In this document: piece by piece, positions 28,601-37,643 of the stretch | Position numbering within the stretch: the stretch's first letter is position 1 | How the letters are laid out: every line of letters starts with the position of its first letter | NCBI GenBank assembly: GCA_964348825.1 | Contig: CAYGDX010000001.1 | Span: forward strand, 36,625-88,765 | Length of the DNA: 52,141 bases | Source of the DNA: an uncultured Gammaproteobacteria bacterium | GTDB taxonomy: Bacteria; Patescibacteriota; Patescibacteriia; Veblenbacterales; UBA10138 | Direction: 5' to 3' | Made by a program: the position numbers and the translations under genes | Notes under the pieces: generated by a model | Seen by the model: the letters and a program-made list of their open reading frames with translations, nothing else | Databases searched by the model: none | Told to the model about the DNA's origin: nothing

Positions 28601-31600
28601 TCACCTTAGAAAAAAATGACAATTCTCCAGTTGTCGGTACGGTTAGTGTTTCAAAAAATGAAGACGGTGGTAAAATTAGTTTTATACCAGGTTCACCATT
28701 AGATTCAAATACTCAGTATAGAGTAAAAATGAATGATGGTATTTTTAATTGTATTACCCTTCAAGATTCTGTTTGTAATTGGTTGTTTACCACTAGTGAT
28801 AAAATTTGTACCGTAGCTAAAGTAGAAGTTGCTCCTAGTAAAGTTGATTTTACAACTAGTGGTCAAACTGCGAGTTTAACTGCTAAAGCTTATGACGCAG
28901 ATAATAAAGAATTATTACCAGCCCAAGTTGGGTTTACTTGGGAGAAAATTGATGAAAAGGGTATAGTGAAATTTAATGGTGGCACAATTTCAAACACTGC
29001 AACTGTGGAAACTTTGGGTCGTGATGGTCAGGCTCAAGCTAAGGTTACTGGTTATTTCCCAGTTGATTCAACTGGTCCAGATACAAAAGGAAAATGTCCT
29101 AATGCCACGATTTGGAGCGACAATGATAGCGATGGCACAGTTGATGATCAGGAGTGTAAAATTACTTCTAGTCAAGCCAGTGCTACTGTGCCAGTGAATG
29201 CTTTTGTTTGTGATGCGCCGTGGCAAATAAGTGACCCTGATTATAATTTCCGTTTGAATTATTGTCGCATTAAAGATAAAGCTAGTGTGGTGAATTTTAT
29301 GACAGTGGACAATGGGACGGTTGAAAGTTCTAAAACGTTTGATGGCTCAATTTTCATTGATCTTTCTAAAACTAAATCATTTGATTTAACTAAAGTAGTT
29401 ACAATGTCTACTTGGATTAGGCCGACTGATTTAAGTGGTACAAGATATATAATTTCCAAGTGGAAAGATGATAAAGGTTATGCTTTGCGATTAAAGGATA
29501 GTAAGTTAGAAATATTAATTAATGATCAAATTTTATCAGCCACTACTGTTTTGTTAGCTAATACTTGGTATCAATTAATTGGTACTTTTGATGGCACAAA
29601 TTTGAAATTATATATAAATGGAAAAGAAGAAGTTAATAAATTAGGGTACAATAGTGCCATTTTAATTAACGATTCAACTCCAACGATTGGCGCTTCAGTA
29701 GATCATACTAATTATATTAAAGGCGATTTAGATGAAGTGGGTATATTTAACAAAGCACTAACTCCTGATCAACTAAAATCATTAGTACTGCCATATTTAA
29801 CACAAATAACTACAACGTCAGCCGCGGCAGTTAATCCAGTAGCGGGTATTTGTCCGTCTGGTTATGATTGGGTAGATAAAAATAACAATAAAATAATTGA
29901 TATGATTGTTGTTGTGGGTGATCGTGAATGTATTTCAACTGAGCGTGAATATTTGTTCCCCAATTCCAATAATAACAAAGAAGCAGTTGGTATTCGCGTA
30001 TACCCAAATCCGGAGAGGTTGTCGGTGGCTGAGTGGTATAAAAAACGTACCGATATAACCAAGGGTAATTTAAGCAGTATTAAAATAGATGGTTATGATG
30101 CGGGTGTTGATGGCACAACTACTTATGTGTCGGCTTTGCGTCGTACTGGCGCTAATAATGAAAATATTTACAGTAATATTTATGTTTTAACTTATCCAAG
30201 CACTGGCGGGCAATTATTAAAAGATATTGTTAAACAGTTAATAGATAGTTGGGAATTTAATACTAATTTCCCAACGGGCGCCGATACTAAAATAGAAGAG
30301 AAGGCAAAATTGTTTCGTGATTTAACTCGCTTGCGTGATATGGCGAAAATTAAGGGCTTCCTAGCTGATTACTATCAAGCAAAGTCGGATTACATAAAAA
30401 TTAAAGGCGGTAGTTTCGTGGTGGGTAAAACTTTTAGCACTTGGCCATCGTGGCAGTCGGTGCTTGGTAGTGAATTAAAACAAAGTTTACCAGTTGACCC
30501 AGTGAATGAGTTGAAAGTAAATGGCGTAGCTTGCGTAGTTGGAGCAAGTAACTTTAATAGTTGTATAACAGATGCAGTTAGAGAGTTAAGTTGTCCAAGC
30601 GGTCCGCAAGTTTATTCTTATAGTTATGATAAAGGTACTACACCACCAGTGAATGTTGATACTAATTATGAAGTTAAAGGCATTACTTGGAAAGGACGTA
30701 ACCCGCAAGAAATTTTGATTAATAGCGCTTGCCCAGTTCAGAAAACTGTTTCAGTATTAATATCTGGGGCTGGGACTGGAGAAGTGGTAAGCACTCCCGC
30801 AGGTATTGATTGTCCTGATGCTAGTTGTTTCAAAAATGATGTTATTAAAAATGTTGATAGTTGGTCTTTGGTAGCTACTCCTTCTGGATCTTCTATATTC
30901 AGCGGTTGGACGCAAATAGTCCCTGGTGTTGGCTGTACTGGTAGTAATACAACTTGTAATCTTGGTAAAATAATGGACGATGTTATTCAAGGCGCGAATT
31001 TTGTTAAAAGAGTCGATTATAATGTTGAAAAAAAGAATACTACTGTTGGTGCTGTTGATCATAAGATTGTTGGTACAGTGCGAGTAAATTCAGCCGTATG
31101 TGATACTGGTTGTGCTAGTAAAAATGGATACTTGCCCGAAGAATCAATACTTCAATTAGTTGCCACGCCGGCCTCAGGTTATGTGTTTACTGGTTGGGCG
31201 GGAATATCGCCCAACAAATCAATTAGTTTAACTTTAACAAATCCGGTTAATAATATAACAGCTAATTTTACACCAGAATACACATTGAAAGTTGAACCAA
31301 AACCAACTAAAGGTTTAGTCACCTCAGCTTTAGGTGTAAATTGTGGTAGCAGGGCCGGACAAAGTGCTTGCTCTAAAAAAATAGATCCAAGCGCTACTCC
31401 TAGTGGTACTCTTACTTTTAATACCAGTAGTTTGCCGGCTGGTTACGAATTTTTAGGTTGGACTGGCGGGGATTGTAGTGGAACTGGTGATTGCACTTTA
31501 ACTTTTAATAACCATAAAACAGTTGGTACTAATGTTCAAATCAAAACCTTTGATGTAACAGTTACTAGTAGCGCTGGTGGTACGGTTACTTCAAATACAG

Positions 31601-33927
31601 GTGGTATAGATTGTGGCGCGACTTGTGTTAAAGCTTTTGATTATGGTTCCACTGTTACCTTAACTGCCAATCCAAATTCAGGTTATGAGCTTACTGGTTG
31701 GGGCGGAGCTTGTAGCGGCAATTCTATTACTTGTATCATTAGTAATATTTTAGAAGCCAAAAGCGTAACCGCTAGTTTTGCGAAAAAGAAATATAATTTT
31801 GATTTGGTTATTACGGGTGGAGCTGGTAGTGTGTCATTTGATCCTGTTACTATATCACCAACTTGTTCTAGTGGCGCTACTTGCCAAATTTTAAATCTTA
31901 CAGATGGTACAAATTTTGTACTCACTCCCACTTTTGATAATACTACTTTTGATATTAGTTGGAGTAATTGTACCCCAGAAGCAGGTAATACTTGTAGGGT
32001 AACAATGGATGATAATAAAACAGTCACTCTTACTCTTAGTCCCAAAGCTCATAAAATAACTATTACTAAACAAGGTGGTTCTGATAATGGTGATGCTACT
32101 ATTGCTTCAAATCCAGCTGGGTTAAATTGTGCCGAAGGTGGCGCGTTGACGTGTAATATAATTTATCCCTTCACCTCCATCCCGGTCGTTACTAATGTAA
32201 TTTTAACAGCTAGTAGTGCCAGCTCTAATATTGGTAATTGGGGTGGCGATTGTAGTGGTTCGGGTACAGTACCTTGCACTTTAGATGTAAGTATTGCTAC
32301 TGGTAGTAATAAAACAGTTAGTCTTCAATTAACACGCAAGAAATATAATTTTACTTTAAATATTAATAATAATAGTGGCGCAACCGGCAAGGTGTCTTAT
32401 AAAGGCACTGATTATACTACTACTGGTAGTCCACATGCTTTTGCTAATATTTTGCACGGCGAAGTAATTACACTTACCGCTACACCTGATGGTACCAATA
32501 GAATAGGTAGCTGGAGTGGAGATTGTTCATCAGCTGGTCAAAATGCCAATTGCAGTATTACTTTAAATAGCGACAAAACTGCCAACATTAGTTTTGTGCC
32601 AGGAACTTATAATGTAAGTGTTCATGGACAGACGGGAGCACAAGGTAATGGTACAGTTACCTCGGCTCCAGCTGGTATTAATTGTAGTATTAGTGGTCTT
32701 GGAGAAGGAGGTAATTGTAGTGAAGATTATCCAGCTTCAAGTAGTGTTACATTAACTGCTGTAGCTAATTTGGATTCTGGCTTTATGGGTTGGGCTGATG
32801 GCCCATGTGTAGAATCAACAGATCCTTGTATTATTAATTCACTTAATATTAATACGTCAATGACCGCTTGGTTTAAATTAAAGCCAGTAATTACTGTTAG
32901 TAATCCTAGTGTATCGTGGACTACTTCCGATACTATTAATGTTAGTGTAGTTAATGGTGGCTCGCCCACTTATTGGGTTTTAAGTTCAAGTGGTAATTGT
33001 CCAAGTGAGACCTATACTAATGCTGTTTCTGGCGGTTTAGTTACTATTAATTCTGCCAGCATTCCTAAAAGTACTAATGATTATATGTGTTTTAAAAATA
33101 CTAATAGCGATGGTTTAATTGGTTATGGGGTAACTAGTACGGTTTTGAAGGTTGATAATGATAAACCAGCCCAACCAACTATTGCAGTTACTCCTACCAC
33201 AGCTTATGGTGCTACTACTAGCGTTGAGATTAGTTTGGATGCGATTGCGACTGATTCACATAGTGGCGTAAAAGAGATAGAATTGTGGCGCGCGCCATAC
33301 AATGCTACTAATTGTAAAGAAGGTCCGCCAGCTGTTAAAACTGGTTGTAATTGGGGGGGTGCTAGAATAAAAACTTTTACCAATATAACTGACATTAGTA
33401 CTACTAACGTACCTGGTTTGGGTACTTGGGTGTATGGTATTCACGTGGTGGATTGGGCTGGCAATTATTCCACAGAAGTGGGAATTAAAGAAGTTAAAGT
33501 ACTTACTCCCATAGCTCCAAAAATAAATAGTTTTAGTTTATCTAATATAACTAAAGACAGTGTAGATATTACAGCAAATATTAGTGCCAATGGGTCTAGT
33601 ACTGGTATTAAACTTGTTTTAAGTGGACCCAATCCAGGTGATAAAACCGGTGTTAATTGTAGTTCTTTTGATTCTAATAATAGATCTTGGTGGCAACTAA
33701 CTACCCCAAACAATATAACGGCCGACAAACAAAATCAGCAAGTAACTTATAGATATGTTGCTGGTCAAGGACATTTGCAGTCCCCAGAAATGACACCTGT
33801 TTTGTCATCTAATACCACTTATTATATTTGTCTCCTTGTTAGTAATGGGTTTACGCCTACTTTTCCTAATACCATGACAAACGCAAATAAATTTAAAACC
33901 TGCCAAGCTAATGGTACGTGCCCTTAA
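22657..33927 (+). CDS. giant surface protein (3756 aa): N-terminal signal and VirB2/TrbC-like pilin segment, Ig-like and IPT/TIG repeats, LamG-like domain, GspG-like segment, InlB-B-like repeats
   Basis: Pilin-like IINIFLGVLGVIAVVIIMYGGYLWMTAKGNEEQLEKAKK; repeated VTxxGxNFG...W(S/T)DxxI IPT motifs; LamG-like WYQLIGTFDGTNLKLYINGK...GDLDEVGIFNKAL; repeated VTLTAxP..GY..xGWxGxC. Confidence 0.85.
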   Translation: MFPLKNIITIYKNISTKAKAIWLSATLGLFLSLPVWAQDGLNGLENFDVNLGQKPLVEIVANIINIFLGVLGVIAVVIIMYGGYLWMTAKGNEEQLEKAKKLLIDGAIGLAIILMAWGIAAFIINRIRDATGGGGDDGPPIVCADGSQPPCTFLSRQFKVASVDPKDRANNVKLCASVQATFNDVVDQNTINSSNIKIWNTKGTDDLTDDVLVQNDNPPIIGTYSGVGNSFSFEHSARSASDLNEFSRNTKYRALISADVKSVSAKNLNKKKEWLFTTGVDSDRILPVVSEAYPIPNSEEVCRNTSIQVIFNEVMLATSLNLDNIILYQGATPVELTGIRVGSDFKSVTLYPKSALAARAQFTVKLRTSASAQANDGIRDSCSNPLDGNKDLDADYTPTDDYSWSFKTGETTDCAPSLSSVNPAAGDYGDTVTLVGKNFALTGEVEFHDVIADDNSFDGLKNILCWNKAACPDQIKVRVPVGARSGLVRAAVGRDYSNGLPFTVTSPYIDSLSPEAGGKDQYVTISGENFGDDVGVVRFGSSIDGAPPACADYWSDHEIVIKVPVGFMPEVSAPVQVITSTAKKSNFADFTVTNDTPGPGLCSVSPNRDNVSKPVTLSGEHFGVVKGNSKVLFEKVEASVEAAGWSQTTIPTAYVPQISSGGKGVGVVVASKESNRVTFQVLNGPSVVEQATCVSSMQSPTPYKSSAEVCKNASLGARFNKVMKEDSLTAPNNLELKKCNNDDEFSASDCSGVVNLGAATIIKDGDDNSIGFTKVPAADLDNGFWYQATVSGSVVKELGGAPLGSDYVWHFKVRSQDENCAINKVRVNPSTAYIRSEFDTQNYTAQADAQNCNVLNQVEGWSWESDNPNKATITPNYPGAPRAVADDNGVNWEADESVGPIKITAKFNDKDDDGDLYISSTACSENADCGLCGAGRSSCTKSRCTPVIDNFTPNNGAVGTWVSINGCYFGNKKGQVFYTNSIEGLWPDSNLCGKSTWGNTQIISEVPPGIAAQGPISVVRPEASEDDIANSSGDFTKNTVARPGICRVEPRQVFSKDLTDQEKARVTIFGKLLDGSRGQNFVEYDLRILNNKLQINGQAVSYTSWADTMIEAITPNTNTIAPSDVLRIIKKPVPAELIALGINELNSNTLEYRIIKSSLGGENKLPVIDSINPPDGRADGTATTVVTIKGSNFGTTGQVWFDNKLADFAKCGTWTDKEIIIAVPTTLLKADNKVKVKTEGGTSNDDKIFRVSSVIRPGICSISPAFGKEGAEVSISGYNFTSNQARGSMVTVACSTDDLVAGCADTVEEENDGSGGVQIENDRFVLKNKISSTIKSGIVNWDNNKITVKLPPKVRTGDVRVSADYMTVPAGGLRRSNPITFTGAPFINRITPDKASAGSFITIEGGNFSDCTTRGTDLEDPCVVSFGKNNNDREPAAPLPAMCLWSDSFIVTKVPDKAADEKSQLVKVRTLNWPSVGILETTDKDSKPFTRDESVPKAPGLCALSPSQVNEDALPKQVSLYGNRFGATAILYPNPPTKPDPKDYSKHDQVKFTNLSYLEINTAVWGSNWSDQKIEVNIPENTKSGLVSVQKTIDQVTNRTCSGAQLGEFCLPIGWSYKTEKKLTTSNPLPFKVSAGDLKIESFVPTNGSNDVCRNMAINVKTNQAVKSANFEETIKLVDETSLLIDSDFKDLVFKATPYTREIKNSYGKVTDTEYGLTISPRKIFDPSHNFKLTIKGGEGGIVAEDGGKLVCTNSSDCEITFTTGDRFCTIDKVEIDPANHNFIAAGENKIFEAKAYNLAWANPVGSTCPIGFDWNAESDFNKNGNWDPGECQQKIELANVDYAWSKVDPNQAIVDNLPKTTPATVTITSTAKEGMAKLIATGFSSTGSASPVGGECPVGSVWIDANNNNVKDTNECKLIDANWRSATGWADLLVLIGGSIDVSNPLPIDLNNISTNACRNGAITADLLERALPAGNWSGAITLEKNDNSPVVGTVSVSKNEDGGKISFIPGSPLDSNTQYRVKMNDGIFNCITLQDSVCNWLFTTSDKICTVAKVEVAPSKVDFTTSGQTASLTAKAYDADNKELLPAQVGFTWEKIDEKGIVKFNGGTISNTATVETLGRDGQAQAKVTGYFPVDSTGPDTKGKCPNATIWSDNDSDGTVDDQECKITSSQASATVPVNAFVCDAPWQISDPDYNFRLNYCRIKDKASVVNFMTVDNGTVESSKTFDGSIFIDLSKTKSFDLTKVVTMSTWIRPTDLSGTRYIISKWKDDKGYALRLKDSKLEILINDQILSATTVLLANTWYQLIGTFDGTNLKLYINGKEEVNKLGYNSAILINDSTPTIGASVDHTNYIKGDLDEVGIFNKALTPDQLKSLVLPYLTQITTTSAAAVNPVAGICPSGYDWVDKNNNKIIDMIVVVGDRECISTEREYLFPNSNNNKEAVGIRVYPNPERLSVAEWYKKRTDITKGNLSSIKIDGYDAGVDGTTTYVSALRRTGANNENIYSNIYVLTYPSTGGQLLKDIVKQLIDSWEFNTNFPTGADTKIEEKAKLFRDLTRLRDMAKIKGFLADYYQAKSDYIKIKGGSFVVGKTFSTWPSWQSVLGSELKQSLPVDPVNELKVNGVACVVGASNFNSCITDAVRELSCPSGPQVYSYSYDKGTTPPVNVDTNYEVKGITWKGRNPQEILINSACPVQKTVSVLISGAGTGEVVSTPAGIDCPDASCFKNDVIKNVDSWSLVATPSGSSIFSGWTQIVPGVGCTGSNTTCNLGKIMDDVIQGANFVKRVDYNVEKKNTTVGAVDHKIVGTVRVNSAVCDTGCASKNGYLPEESILQLVATPASGYVFTGWAGISPNKSISLTLTNPVNNITANFTPEYTLKVEPKPTKGLVTSALGVNCGSRAGQSACSKKIDPSATPSGTLTFNTSSLPAGYEFLGWTGGDCSGTGDCTLTFNNHKTVGTNVQIKTFDVTVTSSAGGTVTSNTGGIDCGATCVKAFDYGSTVTLTANPNSGYELTGWGGACSGNSITCIISNILEAKSVTASFAKKKYNFDLVITGGAGSVSFDPVTISPTCSSGATCQILNLTDGTNFVLTPTFDNTTFDISWSNCTPEAGNTCRVTMDDNKTVTLTLSPKAHKITITKQGGSDNGDATIASNPAGLNCAEGGALTCNIIYPFTSIPVVTNVILTASSASSNIGNWGGDCSGSGTVPCTLDVSIATGSNKTVSLQLTRKKYNFTLNINNNSGATGKVSYKGTDYTTTGSPHAFANILHGEVITLTATPDGTNRIGSWSGDCSSAGQNANCSITLNSDKTANISFVPGTYNVSVHGQTGAQGNGTVTSAPAGINCSISGLGEGGNCSEDYPASSSVTLTAVANLDSGFMGWADGPCVESTDPCIINSLNINTSMTAWFKLKPVITVSNPSVSWTTSDTINVSVVNGGSPTYWVLSSSGNCPSETYTNAVSGGLVTINSASIPKSTNDYMCFKNTNSDGLIGYGVTSTVLKVDNDKPAQPTIAVTPTTAYGATTSVEISLDAIATDSHSGVKEIELWRAPYNATNCKEGPPAVKTGCNWGGARIKTFTNITDISTTNVPGLGTWVYGIHVVDWAGNYSTEVGIKEVKVLTPIAPKINSFSLSNITKDSVDITANISANGSSTGIKLVLSGPNPGDKTGVNCSSFDSNNRSWWQLTTPNNITADKQNQQVTYRYVAGQGHLQSPEMTPVLSSNTTYYICLLVSNGFTPTFPNTMTNANKFKTCQANGTCP

Positions 33928-34136
33928 TATTTTAAATTAATCGCAAGCTTTTTATTTCATTTTACGTTATAATTATAGTATAGGGATTGCAAATGGAATC
34001 TTGGTAGGAAATAATGTGTTGCCATAATGTGGAAGAAGCGAAAGGATTTTTAAAAATCCCCAAATCCCAAATCCCAAAATTTTTGTTTTAAATTTCGAAA
34101 TTCTAACTTCTATATTCTAACTTCTAATTTAATCAT

Positions 34137-34769
34137 ATGTTTGATGAGAACCCTCAAAATCCAATTTCCACTGTACCACCGGTTAATCCGTCTGTACCGC
34201 CAATACCTTCGTCTACCCCTGTTAACCCAGCTCCAGTTGACGATATTTTTGCGGCCACCGATTCAAATATAAAAGATTCTCCGTTTACACCGGCAGGTGG
34301 CCAAGTGCCACCACCAGTTGAAATGCCAATGAGTCAAATAGCCAAAGTGTATTTTTGGCATAAGTGGTGGTTTTGGGTGGGGCTCGCCGTAATAATAGTA
34401 ATTGCCGGGGGAGTACTGTGGTGGCAGGGTAGTGCGCCGGCTGGTAACACAGAATTAACGGCTAACAACAATCAACCAATTAATAATCCACCACAAAATC
34501 AACCGCCAGTGAATAATCCACCGCCTGTTTTACCGCCCGATCAAGATTCCGACGGACTAACTGACGCCGAAGAACAAACTGTTGGCACTGATCCTTTAAA
34601 ACCCGATACCGATTCCGATGGTTTATTTGATCGCGAAGAAGTTAAAGTTTATTTAACCGATCCGCTTAAAGCTGATACCGATGGTGATACCTTTGCTGAT
34701 GGCGTGGAAATTCAAAACGGTTACAATCCGAAAGGTGATGGTAAGTTGTTGGAATTGCCGGTGCAGTAG
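34137..34769 (+). CDS. Pro-rich membrane protein with thrombospondin type-3-like (DxDxDG) repeats
   Basis: One TM segment; DQDSDGLTDAEE, DTDSDGLFDREE, DTDGDTFADGVE. Confidence 0.8.
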   Translation: MFDENPQNPISTVPPVNPSVPPIPSSTPVNPAPVDDIFAATDSNIKDSPFTPAGGQVPPPVEMPMSQIAKVYFWHKWWFWVGLAVIIVIAGGVLWWQGSAPAGNTELTANNNQPINNPPQNQPPVNNPPPVLPPDQDSDGLTDAEEQTVGTDPLKPDTDSDGLFDREEVKVYLTDPLKADTDGDTFADGVEIQNGYNPKGDGKLLELPVQ

Positions 34770-35013
34770 GATTAGTTAGGGGGTAGCGTATAGGGTATAG
34801 TTTATGTCATTGCGAGGAGCGAGTAAGGTGAGCGACGAAGTTATCTTTCAAAAAATCCGAATATCGAAATCCGAAATCCGAAACAATTCCCAAATTCCAA
34901 AATAAATTTTAATAACTTAATTTTAAAACATTTATTAAATTAATAATTGAATAAAAATTTAAAATTAAAAATTTTCGAATTTTGATATTCGAATTTCGAA
35001 TTTAAATAAATCT

Positions 35014-36309
35014 ATGTTCGACTCCAACTCATCACCAACTAACCCAACTGCGCCCTCAACTACACCTAAAGAGGCGAGTAGCGAGGCGTGGGGTGATATT
35101 CATGTTATGCCCCAAGCATCGGCTAACAATTCGTCAGTGCAAGCCCCCACGATGAGTAATTATGGTTCAGGTAATACTAAAAAATGGTTGATAATTTCCG
35201 GTAGTGTTTTGGGTGTACTCATAATTGGTGCGGGCGTTTATTTCTTTTGGCCAAAAGGTCAAAATAATATTCCACCATCGGATATTGTTAATCAACCAGT
35301 AAATATTCCGCCAGTAAATGAGCCGCCGATTGAACCCGAGCCCCAAGTTTTACCAGTGGAAGAAAGAGATCGCGCGCGATTTCGTGATATAAAAAATATT
35401 CAAACCGCCTTGGATTTATATTTTAGTGATGTAAAAAAATATCCTATTGCAGTTTTACCGATAGTTTTAGGGTTAGAGCCAACCGCGGTTTTATCCGCCG
35501 CTGGGTTTACTCCACTGGAACAAAAACAAGGCACCGAATATTTAATTGTGGTGCCAAAAAATATTGAACCAGGTGGCACCGGTTATTTATACGAAAGTGC
35601 TGATGGCGCAACTTATACTATTACCTTTACTTTAGAACAAGGCGCGAGTAATTTAATAGCGGGCGAACACAAGGCCTCACCTAAAGGTTTTGATGCTGAA
35701 GCGCTTGTTCCGCCGGTTGAACCACGTGGTTTAACTTTGCCAACCTCAACAATTGATACCGATGCTGATGGTTTAACCGATGCTGAAGAAATTATTTTGG
35801 GAACAGACAAAGTTAAAACCGATAGCGACAATGATACTTATGCCGATGGTTTAGAATTAGATAATGATTATGATCCGGCCTTAGGTGAATCAAAGCGTTT
35901 GGCAGTCAGCCCAAAAATTTCAAATTATAACAGTGAACGTTTTAATTACAGTGTAATGTATCCAAGTGGTTGGCTTGCTAAACCAAAAGATACGGAAGGC
36001 AGTGAGGTAATTTTTAGCGGGTTAGGTGACGAATTTATTGAAGTATTAGTTATAGACAATCCAGAGCATCTATCGGCTACTGATTGGTATATCAAACAAT
36101 TATCAGGCGTAACGGCTGATCAAATCCCTACCATTCAAGTAGGTTCCGCCACTTGGGTTTTATCATTCGACGGTTTAAATGCCTACCTTGCCAACGATCA
36201 ATATATATTTACCTTAGCTTATAATGCCGGAACCTCCACCGAAGCATCTTATTATAAATTATTTAGAGCAATGCTTAGGTCATTTAAATTAGTAACTACT
36301 GTACAATAA
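35014..36309 (+). CDS. membrane-anchored protein with GspG/pilin-like domain, TSP3-like repeats and a C-terminal globular domain
   Basis: TM; RDRARFRDIKNIQTALDLYFSDVKKYP; DTDADGLTDAEE; C-terminal YSVMYPSGW. Confidence 0.75.
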   Translation: MFDSNSSPTNPTAPSTTPKEASSEAWGDIHVMPQASANNSSVQAPTMSNYGSGNTKKWLIISGSVLGVLIIGAGVYFFWPKGQNNIPPSDIVNQPVNIPPVNEPPIEPEPQVLPVEERDRARFRDIKNIQTALDLYFSDVKKYPIAVLPIVLGLEPTAVLSAAGFTPLEQKQGTEYLIVVPKNIEPGGTGYLYESADGATYTITFTLEQGASNLIAGEHKASPKGFDAEALVPPVEPRGLTLPTSTIDTDADGLTDAEEIILGTDKVKTDSDNDTYADGLELDNDYDPALGESKRLAVSPKISNYNSERFNYSVMYPSGWLAKPKDTEGSEVIFSGLGDEFIEVLVIDNPEHLSATDWYIKQLSGVTADQIPTIQVGSATWVLSFDGLNAYLANDQYIFTLAYNAGTSTEASYYKLFRAMLRSFKLVTTVQ

Positions 36310-36322
36310 AATTTTGATAATT

Positions 36323-36709
36323 ATGAAAATCAATGAGGTTCGTAAATTAGTAAATAAACTAAGTAAAATAATCGCCCCCCAAGTAGGCGATTATTTTGCA
36401 GAGATTGCGGTAGGTTTGGTTGATGAGTCAGAAATACGACATTTAAATAAAATTTATCGGAAGCATGATAAAGTAACTGATATTTTGTCGTTTATCCATG
36501 AGGTTAAACCCATAAACGGAGAGCTGGTTTTGTGCTTACCTCAGGCCGAGCGCCAAGCTAAAAGAATGGGGCATAGTTTGGAGAAGGAGGTGACAATTTT
36601 ATTAATTCATGGCTTACTTCATTTAGCAGGGCATGATCATATGAAAGTTGGGGAGAGGAAGGTGATGAGGGGGCTTGAGCAGAAGATGCTTAAATCGTCA
36701 TTCCCCTGA
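36323..36709 (+). CDS. ybeY: rRNA maturation endoribonuclease YbeY
   Basis: LNKIYRKHDKVTDILSF and HGLLHLAGHDH (HxxxHxxGxDH). Confidence 0.95.
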   Translation: MKINEVRKLVNKLSKIIAPQVGDYFAEIAVGLVDESEIRHLNKIYRKHDKVTDILSFIHEVKPINGELVLCLPQAERQAKRMGHSLEKEVTILLIHGLLHLAGHDHMKVGERKVMRGLEQKMLKSSFP

Positions 36710-36906
36710 AAAGGGGGATTTAGAATCACTAATGACTAATTTCTAATGTTTAAAAATCCCTAAGATCCAAATCCCAATTCCCAAGATTAATAAACAATGT
36801 TTGCTACTACTTGGGGATTGTGTCTTGGGATTTGGGAATTAAATACTTTAGTCATTTTTAGAAATTAGTTATTAGAAATTTAACAAACCTTAGAAATAAA
36901 TTATTT

Positions 36907-37248
36907 ATGTCTATAATTAATAAATTCCATTTCGCTTATAAAGGTCTTGCTTACGTTCTTCATCACGAACTAAGTTTTAAGATTCAAATAATTATTGCCG
37001 TAATAGTTTTATTCGCAGCGTATTTAAGAGAATTTTCCGCACTCAAATGGATTTTATTATTGCTAACAATTAGTTTAGTGTTGGGGGCTGAATTATTTAA
37101 TACTGCAATTGAAAAAATACTTGATTTAAATGAACCTAAATTATCTCGTCATGTTGAGTTATTAAAAGATATTTCAGCCAGCGCGGTTTTGTTGGTTGGA
37201 GTTGTGGCAGCGGTGGTTGGTATCATACTTTTTACCACTAATTTTTAA
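36907..37248 (+). CDS. dgkA: prokaryotic diacylglycerol/undecaprenol kinase
   Basis: ELFNTAIEKILD...KDISASAVL, three TM segments, adjacent to ybeY. Confidence 0.9.
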   Translation: MSIINKFHFAYKGLAYVLHHELSFKIQIIIAVIVLFAAYLREFSALKWILLLLTISLVLGAELFNTAIEKILDLNEPKLSRHVELLKDISASAVLLVGVVAAVVGIILFTTNF

Positions 37249-37643
37249 TTTTTTACGTATAATAGAATTTAAAAAGTTTTACATTTTGCATTGTAATTTT
37301 GCATTTTGATTTTTGAATTTTAAATTGACGATTTTATTGCTAATTTTAAACTAGCATACTCAGTAAATTTTATTAACAACCGAAGCTAAATTAGTAATTT
37401 ACATTGAACAACTAAATTATTCAACTGTTTTACTTGGCTAAACCCCTAGTTCATTTTATAATTAAAGCTAGAAAGATCATTCTCCTTCGCCAAATACTTC
37501 GTGGTTGTTCAAATCTAAAGCAAATAATTCATTACTTAGTAAATTAACGTTTTAGTAAAGCATTGCTACGGCGAATGAAAATATTACATAACTCCGATAG
37601 TAATCGAAGAGAAAAGAGTTTCATTTCCTCAAAAATTTTCATT

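Noticed and set aside
22686..33728. Many minus-strand ORFs inside the giant gene (and inside topA, mfd, ftsA, ftsZ)
   Set aside because: Antisense shadows of long coding frames with no recognisable motifs
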